IMG/VR virus record: IMGVR_UViG_3300032315_001715
Coordinates: 388,800 to 452,799 of that record
Strand: one strand, 5' to 3'
DNA length: 64,000 nucleotides
Below the pieces are notes generated by a model that was not told the DNA's origin, did not search any database, and was given only the letters and a program-made list of their open reading frames with translations. Below are positions 17,402-24,530 of the stretch, one piece after another (position 1 is the stretch's first letter; each line of letters begins with the position of its first letter). Made by a program: the position numbers and the translations under genes.

Positions 17402-17476
17402 TGGTTGGACCGGTCAGGATCGAACTGACACTCTATCGGTTATCAACCGATTGCTTTACCATTAAGCTACGGTCCA
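17402..17476 (-). tRNA. tRNA-Ile(GAT)
   Basis: ATCGG TTGATAA CCGAT. Confidence 0.95.
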
Positions 17477-17529
17477 ACAGCTAGTGATATTTATAGTCTA
17501 TCGCCGGCAAAAAAGCAAGCGATGATTTT

Positions 17530-17614
17530 TGGTGCCCAGGGCGAGATTTGAACCCGCATGACCTTGCGGCCGCCACCTTCTGAGGATGGAGTGTATGCAT
17601 TCCACCACCTGGGC
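17530..17614 (-). tRNA. tRNA-Leu(CAG)
   Basis: Type II, A73. Confidence 0.95.
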
Positions 17615-17744
17615 AATATCATGGGTCTTACGGTGCCAGGACACCCGCCCTTGTTATGGTTGCCGGATTCTGTTCCCGGGGCCGGCACCCCGGATCGTTC
17701 CCATGGCTTCTACTAAGCAGTCACTCCATGGGAACATCAATATT

Positions 17745-17821
17745 TGGTGCATCCGGTGGGATTCGAACCCACACTGTATGATCTCTCAAACCATTGACTC
17801 TACCAGTTGGCCTACGGATGC
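17745..17821 (-). tRNA. tRNA-Leu(GAG), short variable loop
   Basis: ATGGT TTGAGAG ATCAT; no V-arm. Confidence 0.8.
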
Positions 17822-17826
17822 AAAAT

Positions 17827-17901
17827 TGGTAGGTGAGGAGAATTTTGAAATCCCGTCCCTCGGTATGTAACACCGATGCTCTGCCTCTGAGCTACTCACC
17901 C
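17827..17901 (-). tRNA. tRNA-Val(TAC)
   Basis: TCGGT GTTACAT ACCGA. Confidence 0.85.
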
Positions 17902-17906
17902 ATGTT

Positions 17907-17982
17907 TGGTACCAACCGTGGGGATTGAACCCACCTAGATCTGCTTGTAAAGCAGACGCCCTCCCCAGATGGCTCGGTTGGC
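17907..17982 (-). tRNA. tRNA-Val(TAC), near-identical to 18435..18510
   Basis: TCTGC TTTACAA GCAGA. Confidence 0.85.
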
Positions 17983-18011
17983 ATACAACTGATATCATGA
18001 TAGACGGGCTA

Positions 18012-18302
18012 TTAAGCCTCGCTTACTGCATCCGGGAATGGTGGATTTCCGCCGCTGCCAACTCCCGTGACTGACACGAAGCCGGTATATCCCGATAGTC
18101 CTGGTAGCTCCAGCACGCCGGTTGGTGCAGGCACTGCTGCATCGCCAACGCGCACGATGACGGTCATTTCAGAGTCATCCTTGCTGATAATCGCACGCGG
18201 AACGACGATCCATGATGATCCGTCAAATCCTAGGACGGTGTCACCGTCTAGTCTGTAATCTCCTGTATTTGCCATTTTCTTGGCTCCTTTCTCTTGATCC
18301 AT
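18012..18302 (-). CDS. Hypothetical protein
   Basis: ORF between tRNAs with upstream TAAATA; start may be MANTGDY. Confidence 0.55.
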   Translation of the reverse strand: MDQEKGAKKMANTGDYRLDGDTVLGFDGSSWIVVPRAIISKDDSEMTVIVRVGDAAVPAPTGVLELPGLSGYTGFVSVTGVGSGGNPPFPDAVSEA

Positions 18303-18354
18303 GTTGGATTCAATGCATATTTATGTTCTAACATGGACAAAAAGCAATAAATGA

Positions 18355-18430
18355 TGGTACCTACTGTGGGGATCGAACCCACCTCTAACAGCGTGTCGAG
18401 CTGTCGCCATCCCCAGATGACAAAGCAGGC
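18355..18430 (-). tRNA. tRNA-Val(GAC), C33
   Basis: ACAGC TCGACAC GCTGT. Confidence 0.8.
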
Positions 18431-18434
18431 ATAT

Positions 18435-18510
18435 TGGTACCAACCGTGGGGATTGAACCCACCTAGATCTGCTTGTAAAACAGACGCCCTCCCCAGATGG
18501 CTCGGTTGGC
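18435..18510 (-). tRNA. tRNA-Val(TAC), duplicate
   Basis: One base differs from 17907..17982. Confidence 0.85.
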
Positions 18511-18519
18511 ATGTAAAAC

Positions 18520-18596
18520 TGGTGCCCGTGGAGGGATTCGAACCCCCAACATCCTGGTTCTAAACCAGGCGCCTCTTCCAGTTGCGCTACACGGGC
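18520..18596 (-). tRNA. tRNA-Leu(TAG), short variable loop
   Basis: CCTGG TTTAGAA CCAGG; A73. Confidence 0.85.
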
Positions 18597-18602
18597 AAAA
18601 CT

Positions 18603-18676
18603 TGGCGACCATACGGGGAATCGAACTCCGGCGACCTGCTAGACAGGCAAGCGTTCTACCATTAAACTATATGGCC
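18603..18676 (-). tRNA. tRNA-Asp(GTC), U37
   Basis: Loop CTGTCTA; G73. Confidence 0.85.
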
Positions 18677-18683
18677 ATAAAAT

Positions 18684-19184
18684 TCAAGGATTGTTGAGTT
18701 TCCACCAACGATTAATGGAATCAGCACCAATCTCATCACACACCTCAACAAGCTTGCCGCCGAGGCCAAGGATATCATCAAAGTGTTGGGCTAACAGCAT
18801 GTTCGGGCATGCTCGCGGACGATCCGCTTTTAGCCATTCCACACCTTCCTCAAGCCTATCAACACCGTTGGCCTGCAACCACAGCGCCAGCGCCGACGCC
18901 GTTGAGCGGCATGCACCAGCAAAGCAATGCACCACCACCCGGGCATCTCCGGGCAAACGCTGGCCAAACTCTAGGATCGATTCTGCGTGCTCTCTCGTCG
19001 GTGCATACAGCTTGGCAGGATCCTCTTCGTCATCAAAGTTGATGGCAAAGTGATTCTTGGCATCGATGCGTGGCGGACGGAATACCCGATCACCAACATC
19101 CAGCATGGTGATGAGATGCGTGGCAGCAAACCGCTTGGCGGTCTTTTTGACCTCGCTCTTTCCACAAACGGTAAACTCGGGCAC
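18684..19184 (-). CDS. CX5R (PTP/DSP-like) phosphatase, paralogue of 13736..14287
   Basis: VVVHCFAGACRSTASA..RACPNMLL. Confidence 0.85.
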   Translation of the reverse strand: MPEFTVCGKSEVKKTAKRFAATHLITMLDVGDRVFRPPRIDAKNHFAINFDDEEDPAKLYAPTREHAESILEFGQRLPGDARVVVHCFAGACRSTASALALWLQANGVDRLEEGVEWLKADRPRACPNMLLAQHFDDILGLGGKLVEVCDEIGADSINRWWKLNNP

Positions 19185-19206
19185 GTTACACCTCCTTGTT
19201 AGAAAA

Positions 19207-19281
19207 TGGTCTCGCGTGCGGGTGCCGGCCCCGCTACTCCGGGATGAAAGCCCGGTGTTTTAGCTGGTAAACTAACGCGAG
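19207..19281 (-). tRNA. tRNA-Glu(TTC), T-loop GCCGGCA
   Basis: CCGGG CTTTCAT CCCGG; ACCA. Confidence 0.8.
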
Positions 19282-19425
19282 TTACGATTCCGCATGCGCT
19301 GGCCCCCCAATCCCGCCGCGCTGCACGACACCACCTGCCTTGCTTCTTTCGTCGCGTAACATGGCATCTTACCGGTCCATGACATGCTAACCTGTCCGCA
19401 GACAGGGAACCATGCACGGATGATT

Positions 19426-19510
19426 TGGCTCAACCGGCAGGCTTCGAACCTGCACGCCTTGCGGCGCCTGATTAACAGTCAGGTGGGTCTACCAGTTCCC
19501 CCACAGTTGA
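19426..19510 (-). tRNA. tRNA-Asn(GTT) with long variable arm
   Basis: CCTGA CTGTTAA TCAGG then CGCC-GCAA-GGCG arm; U1-A72, G73. Confidence 0.85.
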
Positions 19511-19569
19511 ATAAAACCCAGTAGTTGTTGTTCTTGTTGCATGCTTTATAGCACGCACCGTATTTGGTG

Positions 19570-20244
19570 TCAACGCCTATTTTTTATCGTTCTTCCTTTG
19601 ATCCATCCGACTGGTATAGGATCAGATTTTTTAATTTTTACAGATTTTTGACCATCTGTTATCCACATTGTGTCAAACTGACTATTGGATTTGCCAAATC
19701 CTCGCCCTTTTGATGATTCGGACATTTTAGATCTAGTTTCAGCCGAATGTGTCTTTCCTTTGAAAGATGCAAATATGTCAGGCGTATATTTTGATTTAAT
19801 GGTTTCTTGCCATTTTTTTGAACGATTTGCAACTCTTTCTGTATCTAATAGAAAAAGTCTTAGACCCTCCTTGGCTTTTTCTTCTATCCCTCTAGATTTT
19901 GCTACTTTCATAGCCTTTTGATTTTTTTCTTTTCTTAACGATTCATTTGAATTGATATAACCAAATCCGCCATGTCCTCCTGGACATAAATTATATGTAT
20001 CTGGTCTTGCACACATTTCTTCTGTCACAAGTTCTTTTTCTTTGTCGTTCATTTCTTTTTCACAAGAAAAGACGTGTAAGATTTCTTTGGAAAAATTTTC
20101 AATACCATATTTGTCAATTGCAAGTTTTATGAGCTTGCCAGATCCAAAATATTCATCATTAAGGTCAGCAGTTTTATGCTTTCCTATATAAATCTTGCTG
20201 TTAAGGAGATTAGTAATTTTGTATATTATGAAGAACATAAACAC
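19570..20244 (-). CDS. GIY-YIG homing endonuclease (Seg-like) with NUMOD3 motif
   Basis: IIYKITNLLNSKIYIGKH..YFGSG..YNLCPGG; FKGKTHSAETRSKMS. Confidence 0.9.
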   Translation of the reverse strand: MFMFFIIYKITNLLNSKIYIGKHKTADLNDEYFGSGKLIKLAIDKYGIENFSKEILHVFSCEKEMNDKEKELVTEEMCARPDTYNLCPGGHGGFGYINSNESLRKEKNQKAMKVAKSRGIEEKAKEGLRLFLLDTERVANRSKKWQETIKSKYTPDIFASFKGKTHSAETRSKMSESSKGRGFGKSNSQFDTMWITDGQKSVKIKKSDPIPVGWIKGRTIKNRR

Positions 20245-20272
20245 CCCCGTTTGGAGTATTTATGAAAAAATG

Positions 20273-20343
20273 AGCGGGTAGCGAGAATCGAACTCGCGCG
20301 TCCACCATGGCAAGGTGGCAGGCTACCTCTACATCATACCCGC
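20273..20343 (-). tRNA. tRNA-Gly(GCC), CCA not encoded
   Basis: CCACC TTGCCAT GGTGG; GCGGGTA/TACCCGC. Confidence 0.9.
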
Positions 20344-20581
20344 ATTATATGGTTAGTTATCCATGCAAGGCGCGTCTAATCCAGTTCTGTCCAAGAGGAC
20401 GACCTTCATGTGGGGTCGCGTCGTTCAATGCACCTTGCCTTGGTGCACCTTGCAAGATTGAAATCCCGTGTTCTACGATACTCGGCTGTAGGTGACTAGC
20501 CCACTATATCCTGGACGGTTGAGTCCAGGCCACCGAATGCTACCATGTCACGGGGTCTTTGGTGGGGGTAAGTCCCAGATT

Positions 20582-21169
20582 CTATATCAACCCTAAACTT
20601 TTGAGCTTGGTTTTATCCCATACCTCGCAGACGACATCTGGATATAACTGGCGCCAAAGCTCGAACTTTTCTTTGTTTGCTTTTCGCCAATAACCCTTGA
20701 CCTCTATGATTTTTCCGCAGGATAAAACAAAGTCAGGTCTGTATGACCTATTTTTTGATAACAGGAAAACCTTCTTGCTGTAATCCCATTTGATACCTTG
20801 GCTATCGAGGTAAGACGCAACTTTCACCTCCCAGGATGAATCCATCCTGATGCCATTATAATAACTTTGTCTATCTCCTCTATGTTTGGCGTTATTGTTA
20901 CCTCTCATAGATTCGGATATTTTAGCTTTGGTGTCATCGGTATGTTTCACCAACGAATTGAGCTTTCTGCCTTTTATCTTTAAGGCATGCCCTAGAATCC
21001 TTGAATCTGTTTCCTTGCTAAGTCCTTTGTTCCAGCTAACATGCGCTGTCTTGAGACGTGCTCGATAACCGGGACATTTGTAATAAACTGGTTGGCAGCA
21101 CCACCCGCTCCATTTAGAGCGAGGTGGATACGAAGCGGTGTCTCCGCAATACTTGCATGTGTTGTTCAT
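20582..21169 (-). CDS. Free-standing PD-(D/E)xK endonuclease with NUMOD3-like motif
   Basis: MDSSWEVKVASYLDSQGIKWDY..YRPDFVL..IIEVKGYW; KHTDDTKAKIS; TAAATA 5 nt before ATG. Confidence 0.75.
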   Translation of the reverse strand: MNNTCKYCGDTASYPPRSKWSGWCCQPVYYKCPGYRARLKTAHVSWNKGLSKETDSRILGHALKIKGRKLNSLVKHTDDTKAKISESMRGNNNAKHRGDRQSYYNGIRMDSSWEVKVASYLDSQGIKWDYSKKVFLLSKNRSYRPDFVLSCGKIIEVKGYWRKANKEKFELWRQLYPDVVCEVWDKTKLKSLGLI

Positions 21170-21227
21170 GAAAGTATTTATGCAAACAGTCTGCTCCAAC
21201 CCTCCAACGTTGGCGCTTCCCCAAATT

Positions 21228-21306
21228 TGGTAGACCAGGTGGGACTCGAACCCACGGTTTTTACTGATTAAGAATCAGCTGCCTTGGCCGCTCGGCGCAC
21301 TGGTCT
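21228..21306 (-). tRNA. tRNA-Lys(CTT)
   Basis: GCTGA TTCTTAA TCAGT; A73. Confidence 0.85.
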
Positions 21307-21427
21307 GTGGTATAATGGCCTTAGAACACTCCGCCGGTGCTGCCCTAACCCTTGTTTGCGCTCAAGTCCCCGGTCTACGGCTGCATCTCAACCAGGGAGG
21401 GCTATCTGCTCTCGTCGTGCTCTAACT

Positions 21428-21502
21428 TGGTCTCGCGTGCGGGTGCCGGCCCCGCTACTCCGGGATGAAAGCCCAGTATTTTAGCTGGTAAACTAACGCG
21501 AG
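21428..21502 (-). tRNA. tRNA-Glu(TTC), duplicate of 19207..19281
   Basis: Two differences, both leave G:U pairs. Confidence 0.8.
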
Positions 21503-21518
21503 AAATCTCATTCTAACT

Positions 21519-21598
21519 TGGAGGACCACCAGGGAATCGAACCCTGCTTGTTGCTGCTTCCGCGGTGGGTTTTAGCGCAACAAGAGCCATCGTGGCCC
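21519..21598 (-). ncRNA. tRNA-like RNA lacking D-arm and anticodon loop
   Basis: Acceptor GGGCCAC/GTGGTCC-TCCA, T-arm CAGGG TTCGATT CCCTG, 8-bp stem CTTGTTGC/GCAACAAG around 22 nt. Confidence 0.65.
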
Positions 21599-21608
21599 GT
21601 AAATTTGG

Positions 21609-21616
21609 TATAAATA
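21609..21616 (+). promoter_or_regulatory. T4-like late promoter TATAAATA
   Basis: ggTATAAATAg upstream of the only plus-strand gene in the array. Confidence 0.7.
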
Positions 21617-21652
21617 GATTAAATAGTTTTTTAAGCAACAGGAGAATGTCGC

Positions 21653-22282
21653 ATGTCTTATGAAATTTTCATTAAAAGTCAGTCATACACTCGACAATCA
21701 CCTAATCTTTCTAAGCTTGGGTTTGATTTTGTAAACCATGATAGCAAAGCTGAATATCAAAAAATTCAGAACCTTCTTAGCACTGAATATTTAATTCTTG
21801 GCGAAAGTATGATAACCTTGCAAGAAAAATACAGCATCCCAAGTTCACGGACCTTACATGATTTGTTCAAACTATTTGATATTGAAGCACGATCATTTAG
21901 TAATGCTAATAGGTTAGCATTGACAACGGAGCGATCCACAATGCCGTGTTGTTACAAATACAAGACAGGATGGCATACAACTTGGGATCAAAAACAAGTC
22001 TTCTTGCGAAGTTCGTATGAATTTGATTATGCGAAAATTCTCGATGAGTCAAAAATACCGTATGAGGTGGAAGCACTTCGAATCAAATACTATTCCTCAA
22101 CCGAGGAGAAATATCGTATAGCTATACCCGATTTTTTACTACCTTGCAGTCATACCATAGTTGAGATCAAATCTCAATTTACCTACGATAGTCAACAAAT
22201 GAAAGACAAGTTCTGTGCATATCAAGCACTCGGATATAAAGCGATTTTGATTCTAGAGGGCAAAGAAACCTCTCTAGAATGA
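21653..22282 (+). CDS. Free-standing endonuclease (TnsA-N-like PD-(D/E)xK)
   Basis: LRSSYEFDYAKILD..YE..IPDF..IVEIKS; inverted relative to the array. Confidence 0.7.
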   Translation: MSYEIFIKSQSYTRQSPNLSKLGFDFVNHDSKAEYQKIQNLLSTEYLILGESMITLQEKYSIPSSRTLHDLFKLFDIEARSFSNANRLALTTERSTMPCCYKYKTGWHTTWDQKQVFLRSSYEFDYAKILDESKIPYEVEALRIKYYSSTEEKYRIAIPDFLLPCSHTIVEIKSQFTYDSQQMKDKFCAYQALGYKAILILEGKETSLE

Positions 22283-22285
22283 AGT

Positions 22286-22419
22286 TGGAGGACCCCGGTG
22301 GTAACGATCCACTTGCGGGCGGGTTAATCTTGGCATAGAGGACTTGCACCTCATGTGACCTGGTTGTCATCTGCCTAAAGTCCGCTGCCGGCACCTGCCT
22401 GGCTATACGCTCGGGGTCC
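22286..22419 (-). tRNA. tRNA-Lys(TTT), 8/4-type body, interrupted by a 50-nt insert (22327..22376)
   Basis: GGACCCCG/CGGGGTCC-TCCA; GCGGA CTTT | TAA CCCGC; T-arm GTGG ATCGTTA CCAC. Confidence 0.7.
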
Positions 22420-22468
22420 TTGTTATCTATTGTTTAATGGGATTTCCTTGGTAATGCAAGGAAAAACT

Positions 22469-22541
22469 TGGAGGACCGTGTGGGAATCAAACCTTCCCGG
22501 CCGGATTAAGAGCCCAGCTGAGCCTCAGGCTGCAATGGTCC
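22469..22541 (-). tRNA. Atypical tRNA-Lys(CTT): 6-bp anticodon stem, 3-nt variable loop, U73
   Basis: GCTGGG CTCTTAA TCCGGC; small D-arm; weak T-stem. Confidence 0.6.
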
Positions 22542-22638
22542 ATCTAACTCTCGGAAGAGCCGCACGCTCTCCATTCCCGTGTCGCCCAGGGACCCTTATC
22601 GGACCCTTCTGGTGCGGTTAGGCAACGCGGGGTATTCT

Positions 22639-22715
22639 TGGTAGCCCCACCGGGATTTGAACCCGGATTTCCCGCTTGAGAGGCGAGTGTTCTAGACCGC
22701 TTAAACTATGGGGCC
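22639..22715 (-). tRNA. tRNA-Glu(CTC)
   Basis: CTCGC CTCTCAA GCGGG. Confidence 0.9.
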
Positions 22716-22763
22716 GTATGGTTGGTTCACAAACTACCGTGCTTGTGAATGTGTTTGATCTGT

Positions 22764-23351
22764 TTAACGAGGAGCAAACGGATCTATTATCACCGGGCAA
22801 TCGCCTCGTTGCATGATGTTTTCATCATGTAGATCAAAATCAATTGCTGAATTGGTACTAACAACATTAGCCAGTAGCTCGATTGCATGTAAGAAATCCG
22901 GCCATTTTTTAATGAAATGCTCGATGTGAGATTTGAGTTTCTCGTCAGTCATGTTGCTGAGATAGTCTCGCCATTTAGGCTCGTCGATGTATCTCAAAAA
23001 CCAATCAGTTGCTATATGATCAGGGTCGGTTCGAACATATTCCCAGGGTGACAGCATTTCTAATCTCAATGCACGGATACCTGGGACCAAAGTAACCGGT
23101 AATCCTCTAAACTTTGGAAAATGTGGATTATCCTGATGTTTTCGGGCTAGTTCGACAAATTTAGCGTAACCTATATCTGCCTCGTCGTACAGCTTTAGAA
23201 CATAATTCAAGTTCGGATGTTGCCAAACACTGCCAAATGTGCCGTCTCCCAGCATTTCGAATCCATGCTTGAGAAGCTTTTTCTTCGCGCTGTCTGTGTT
23301 TGTGATGTCTTGTCGCAGGCTATCTGCGCCCACAAGTTCATTGAGTTTCAT
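22764..23351 (-). CDS. Protein-kinase-like fold enzyme
   Basis: LGDGTFGSV, VLKLY, DLHDENIM, VIIDP. Confidence 0.8.
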   Translation of the reverse strand: MKLNELVGADSLRQDITNTDSAKKKLLKHGFEMLGDGTFGSVWQHPNLNYVLKLYDEADIGYAKFVELARKHQDNPHFPKFRGLPVTLVPGIRALRLEMLSPWEYVRTDPDHIATDWFLRYIDEPKWRDYLSNMTDEKLKSHIEHFIKKWPDFLHAIELLANVVSTNSAIDFDLHDENIMQRGDCPVIIDPFAPR

Positions 23352-23363
23352 GATGCTATTTAT

Positions 23364-23438
23364 TGGTCAGCGTGGGGAATTTTGCGATCCCGGCCTCCAG
23401 GCTCCCGACCTGGCACTCTTCTCCTGAGCTACACGCTG
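23364..23438 (-). tRNA. tRNA-Pro(GGG), C33/A37
   Basis: CCAGG TCGGGAG CCTGG; C1-G72, A73. Confidence 0.75.
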
Positions 23439-23445
23439 TTGTAAA

Positions 23446-23520
23446 TGGTCAGGGAGGGGAATTTCGAAATCCCGGCTTCCAGGTTCCAGGCCTGGCACTC
23501 TGCCTCTGAGCTACTCCCTG
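23446..23520 (-). tRNA. tRNA-Pro(TGG), C33/A37
   Basis: CCAGG CCTGGAA CCTGG. Confidence 0.8.
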
Positions 23521-23530
23521 ATGTTGTTAG

Positions 23531-23604
23531 ATGCGGAGGATGGATTCGCACCATCGACCTCTTGGTTATGAGCCAAGCGAGCTACTAGACTGCTCCACTC
23601 CGCA
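23531..23604 (-). tRNA. tRNA-Met(CAT), initiator-like D-arm, CCA not encoded
   Basis: TGCGGAG TGGAGCAG..CTTGG CTCATAA CCAAG. Confidence 0.8.
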
Positions 23605-23611
23605 ATAAACT

Positions 23612-23688
23612 TGGCGATCCTAGAGGGATTCGAACCCCCATTCTCCGGTTTCGTAGACCAGCGCTCTATCCAGTTGAGCCATAGGATC
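23612..23688 (-). tRNA. tRNA-Arg(ACG)
   Basis: Loop CTACGAA. Confidence 0.95.
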
Positions 23689-23695
23689 AAATAAT

Positions 23696-23772
23696 TGGTG
23701 GACGCGTCTGGATTCGAACCAGATGGGGTAGCGAACCCCGTCGCCATAGCTTGATACCTACCAAGGAAGCCC
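23696..23772 (-). ncRNA. tRNA-like RNA (possible degenerate Ala-CGC)
   Basis: Perfect T-arm and ACCA, G3:U70, hairpin GGGG TTCGCTA CCCC, poor acceptor pairing. Confidence 0.5.
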
Positions 23773-23776
23773 ATAT

Positions 23777-23847
23777 TGGTGGACCCGACGGGAATCGAAC
23801 CCGCCTGCATCACGCCCGTGATTGGCTTAGCGTTTTACCCCATGTCC
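23777..23847 (-). ncRNA. tRNA-like RNA with 4-nt loop in place of anticodon
   Basis: GGACATG/CGGGTCC-ACCA, T-arm GCGGG TTCGATT CCCGT, ATCAC-GGGC-GTGAT. Confidence 0.5.
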
Positions 23848-23922
23848 ACACCATGTTGTGCGTGGTACTCGATCTCCCAACAGCTTTGAACTGAGAGATT
23901 GGAAGCATGGGCAACGCTAACC

Positions 23923-23999
23923 TGGCGATCCTGGAGAGATTCGAACTCCCAACCTGCGGCTTCGAAGGCCGACACTCTGTCCAGTTGAGCTACAGGACC
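23923..23999 (-). tRNA. tRNA-Arg(TCG)
   Basis: Loop CTTCGAA. Confidence 0.9.
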
Positions 24000-24004
24000 A
24001 ATAT

Positions 24005-24080
24005 TGGCGCACATGACGGGAATTGAACCCGCCTAAACCTGTTAGACAGACAGGTGTTCTCACCAGAGAACTACATGTGC
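24005..24080 (-). tRNA. tRNA-Asp(GTC), U37
   Basis: CCTGT CTGTCTA ACAGG. Confidence 0.85.
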
Positions 24081-24087
24081 ATATCAG

Positions 24088-24163
24088 TGGTGCCGGCGGT
24101 TGGTTCCGCCCCAACTCCTCCTGCTCTTCAGGCAGGCGCTTCTACTAAGTTAGCTTCACCGGC
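24088..24163 (-). tRNA. tRNA-Phe(GAA)
   Basis: CCTGC CTGAAGA GCAGG; T-loop GGCGGAA. Confidence 0.85.
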
Positions 24164-24168
24164 AAAAA

Positions 24169-24240
24169 TGGAAGCGGGAGAATGAGTCGAACATTCGTAG
24201 GAAAGTTTATGAGACTTTCTGGACACCGTGTCTTCCCGCT
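24169..24240 (-). tRNA. tRNA-Met/Ile2(CAT), tiny D-loop
   Basis: AAAGT CTCATAA ACTTT. Confidence 0.7.
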
Positions 24241-24247
24241 GTAAACT

Positions 24248-24338
24248 TGGTGTGTAAGGTGGGATTCGAACCCTTCGCCCAGCGCGCGTTTTACAGCATC
24301 AGGGTTACTGCCATCCAGCTGCTGCTGGAGCCTCACAC
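24248..24338 (-). ncRNA. tRNA-like RNA, 6-bp D-stem, disrupted anticodon arm
   Basis: GTGTGAG/CTTACAC-ACCA; TCCAGC-AGCA-GCTGGA; TTCGAAT loop. Confidence 0.5.
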
Positions 24339-24350
24339 ATAAAACTAAAT

Positions 24351-24449
24351 TGGCTCTTTGTGATGGGTGCTGCCCCCACGTTGTCTGGGCCCTTGCATGG
24401 GACCTCTCCATACCTACCGGGTCGCGAACGCCAGCGATACACACAAAGA
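24351..24449 (-). ncRNA. tRNA-like RNA with 8/5 acceptor/T geometry
   Basis: TCTTTGTG/CACAAAGA-GCCA; T-arm GTGGG GGCAGCA CCCAT; extra segment before an imperfect anticodon arm. Confidence 0.5.
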
Positions 24450-24456
24450 TCAAAAC

Positions 24457-24530
24457 TGGTACCGGCTGCAGGTAACGCTCCTGCCTCGAACATCGTTATG
24501 AGCAATGTCGGGTCGCTTGACCAAACCGGC
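24457..24530 (-). tRNA. tRNA-Met/Ile2(CAT)
   Basis: CATTG CTCATAA CGATG; T-loop AGCGTTA. Confidence 0.75.

Noticed and set aside
20345-20581. Firm RNase P RNA call (also 7320..7780)
   Set aside because: Only a loose CR-V-like motif; CR-I and P4 pairing not found, so kept as an unidentified candidate.
23696-23850. tmRNA (one- or two-piece)
   Set aside because: 3' ends resemble tmRNA, but each has a nearby short 5' strand and no tag frame ending in an ALAA-like motif was found.
24351-24449. tRNA-Sec
   Set aside because: 8/5 geometry and G73 fit, but there is no TCA anticodon, no long V-arm and no sel genes in the window.
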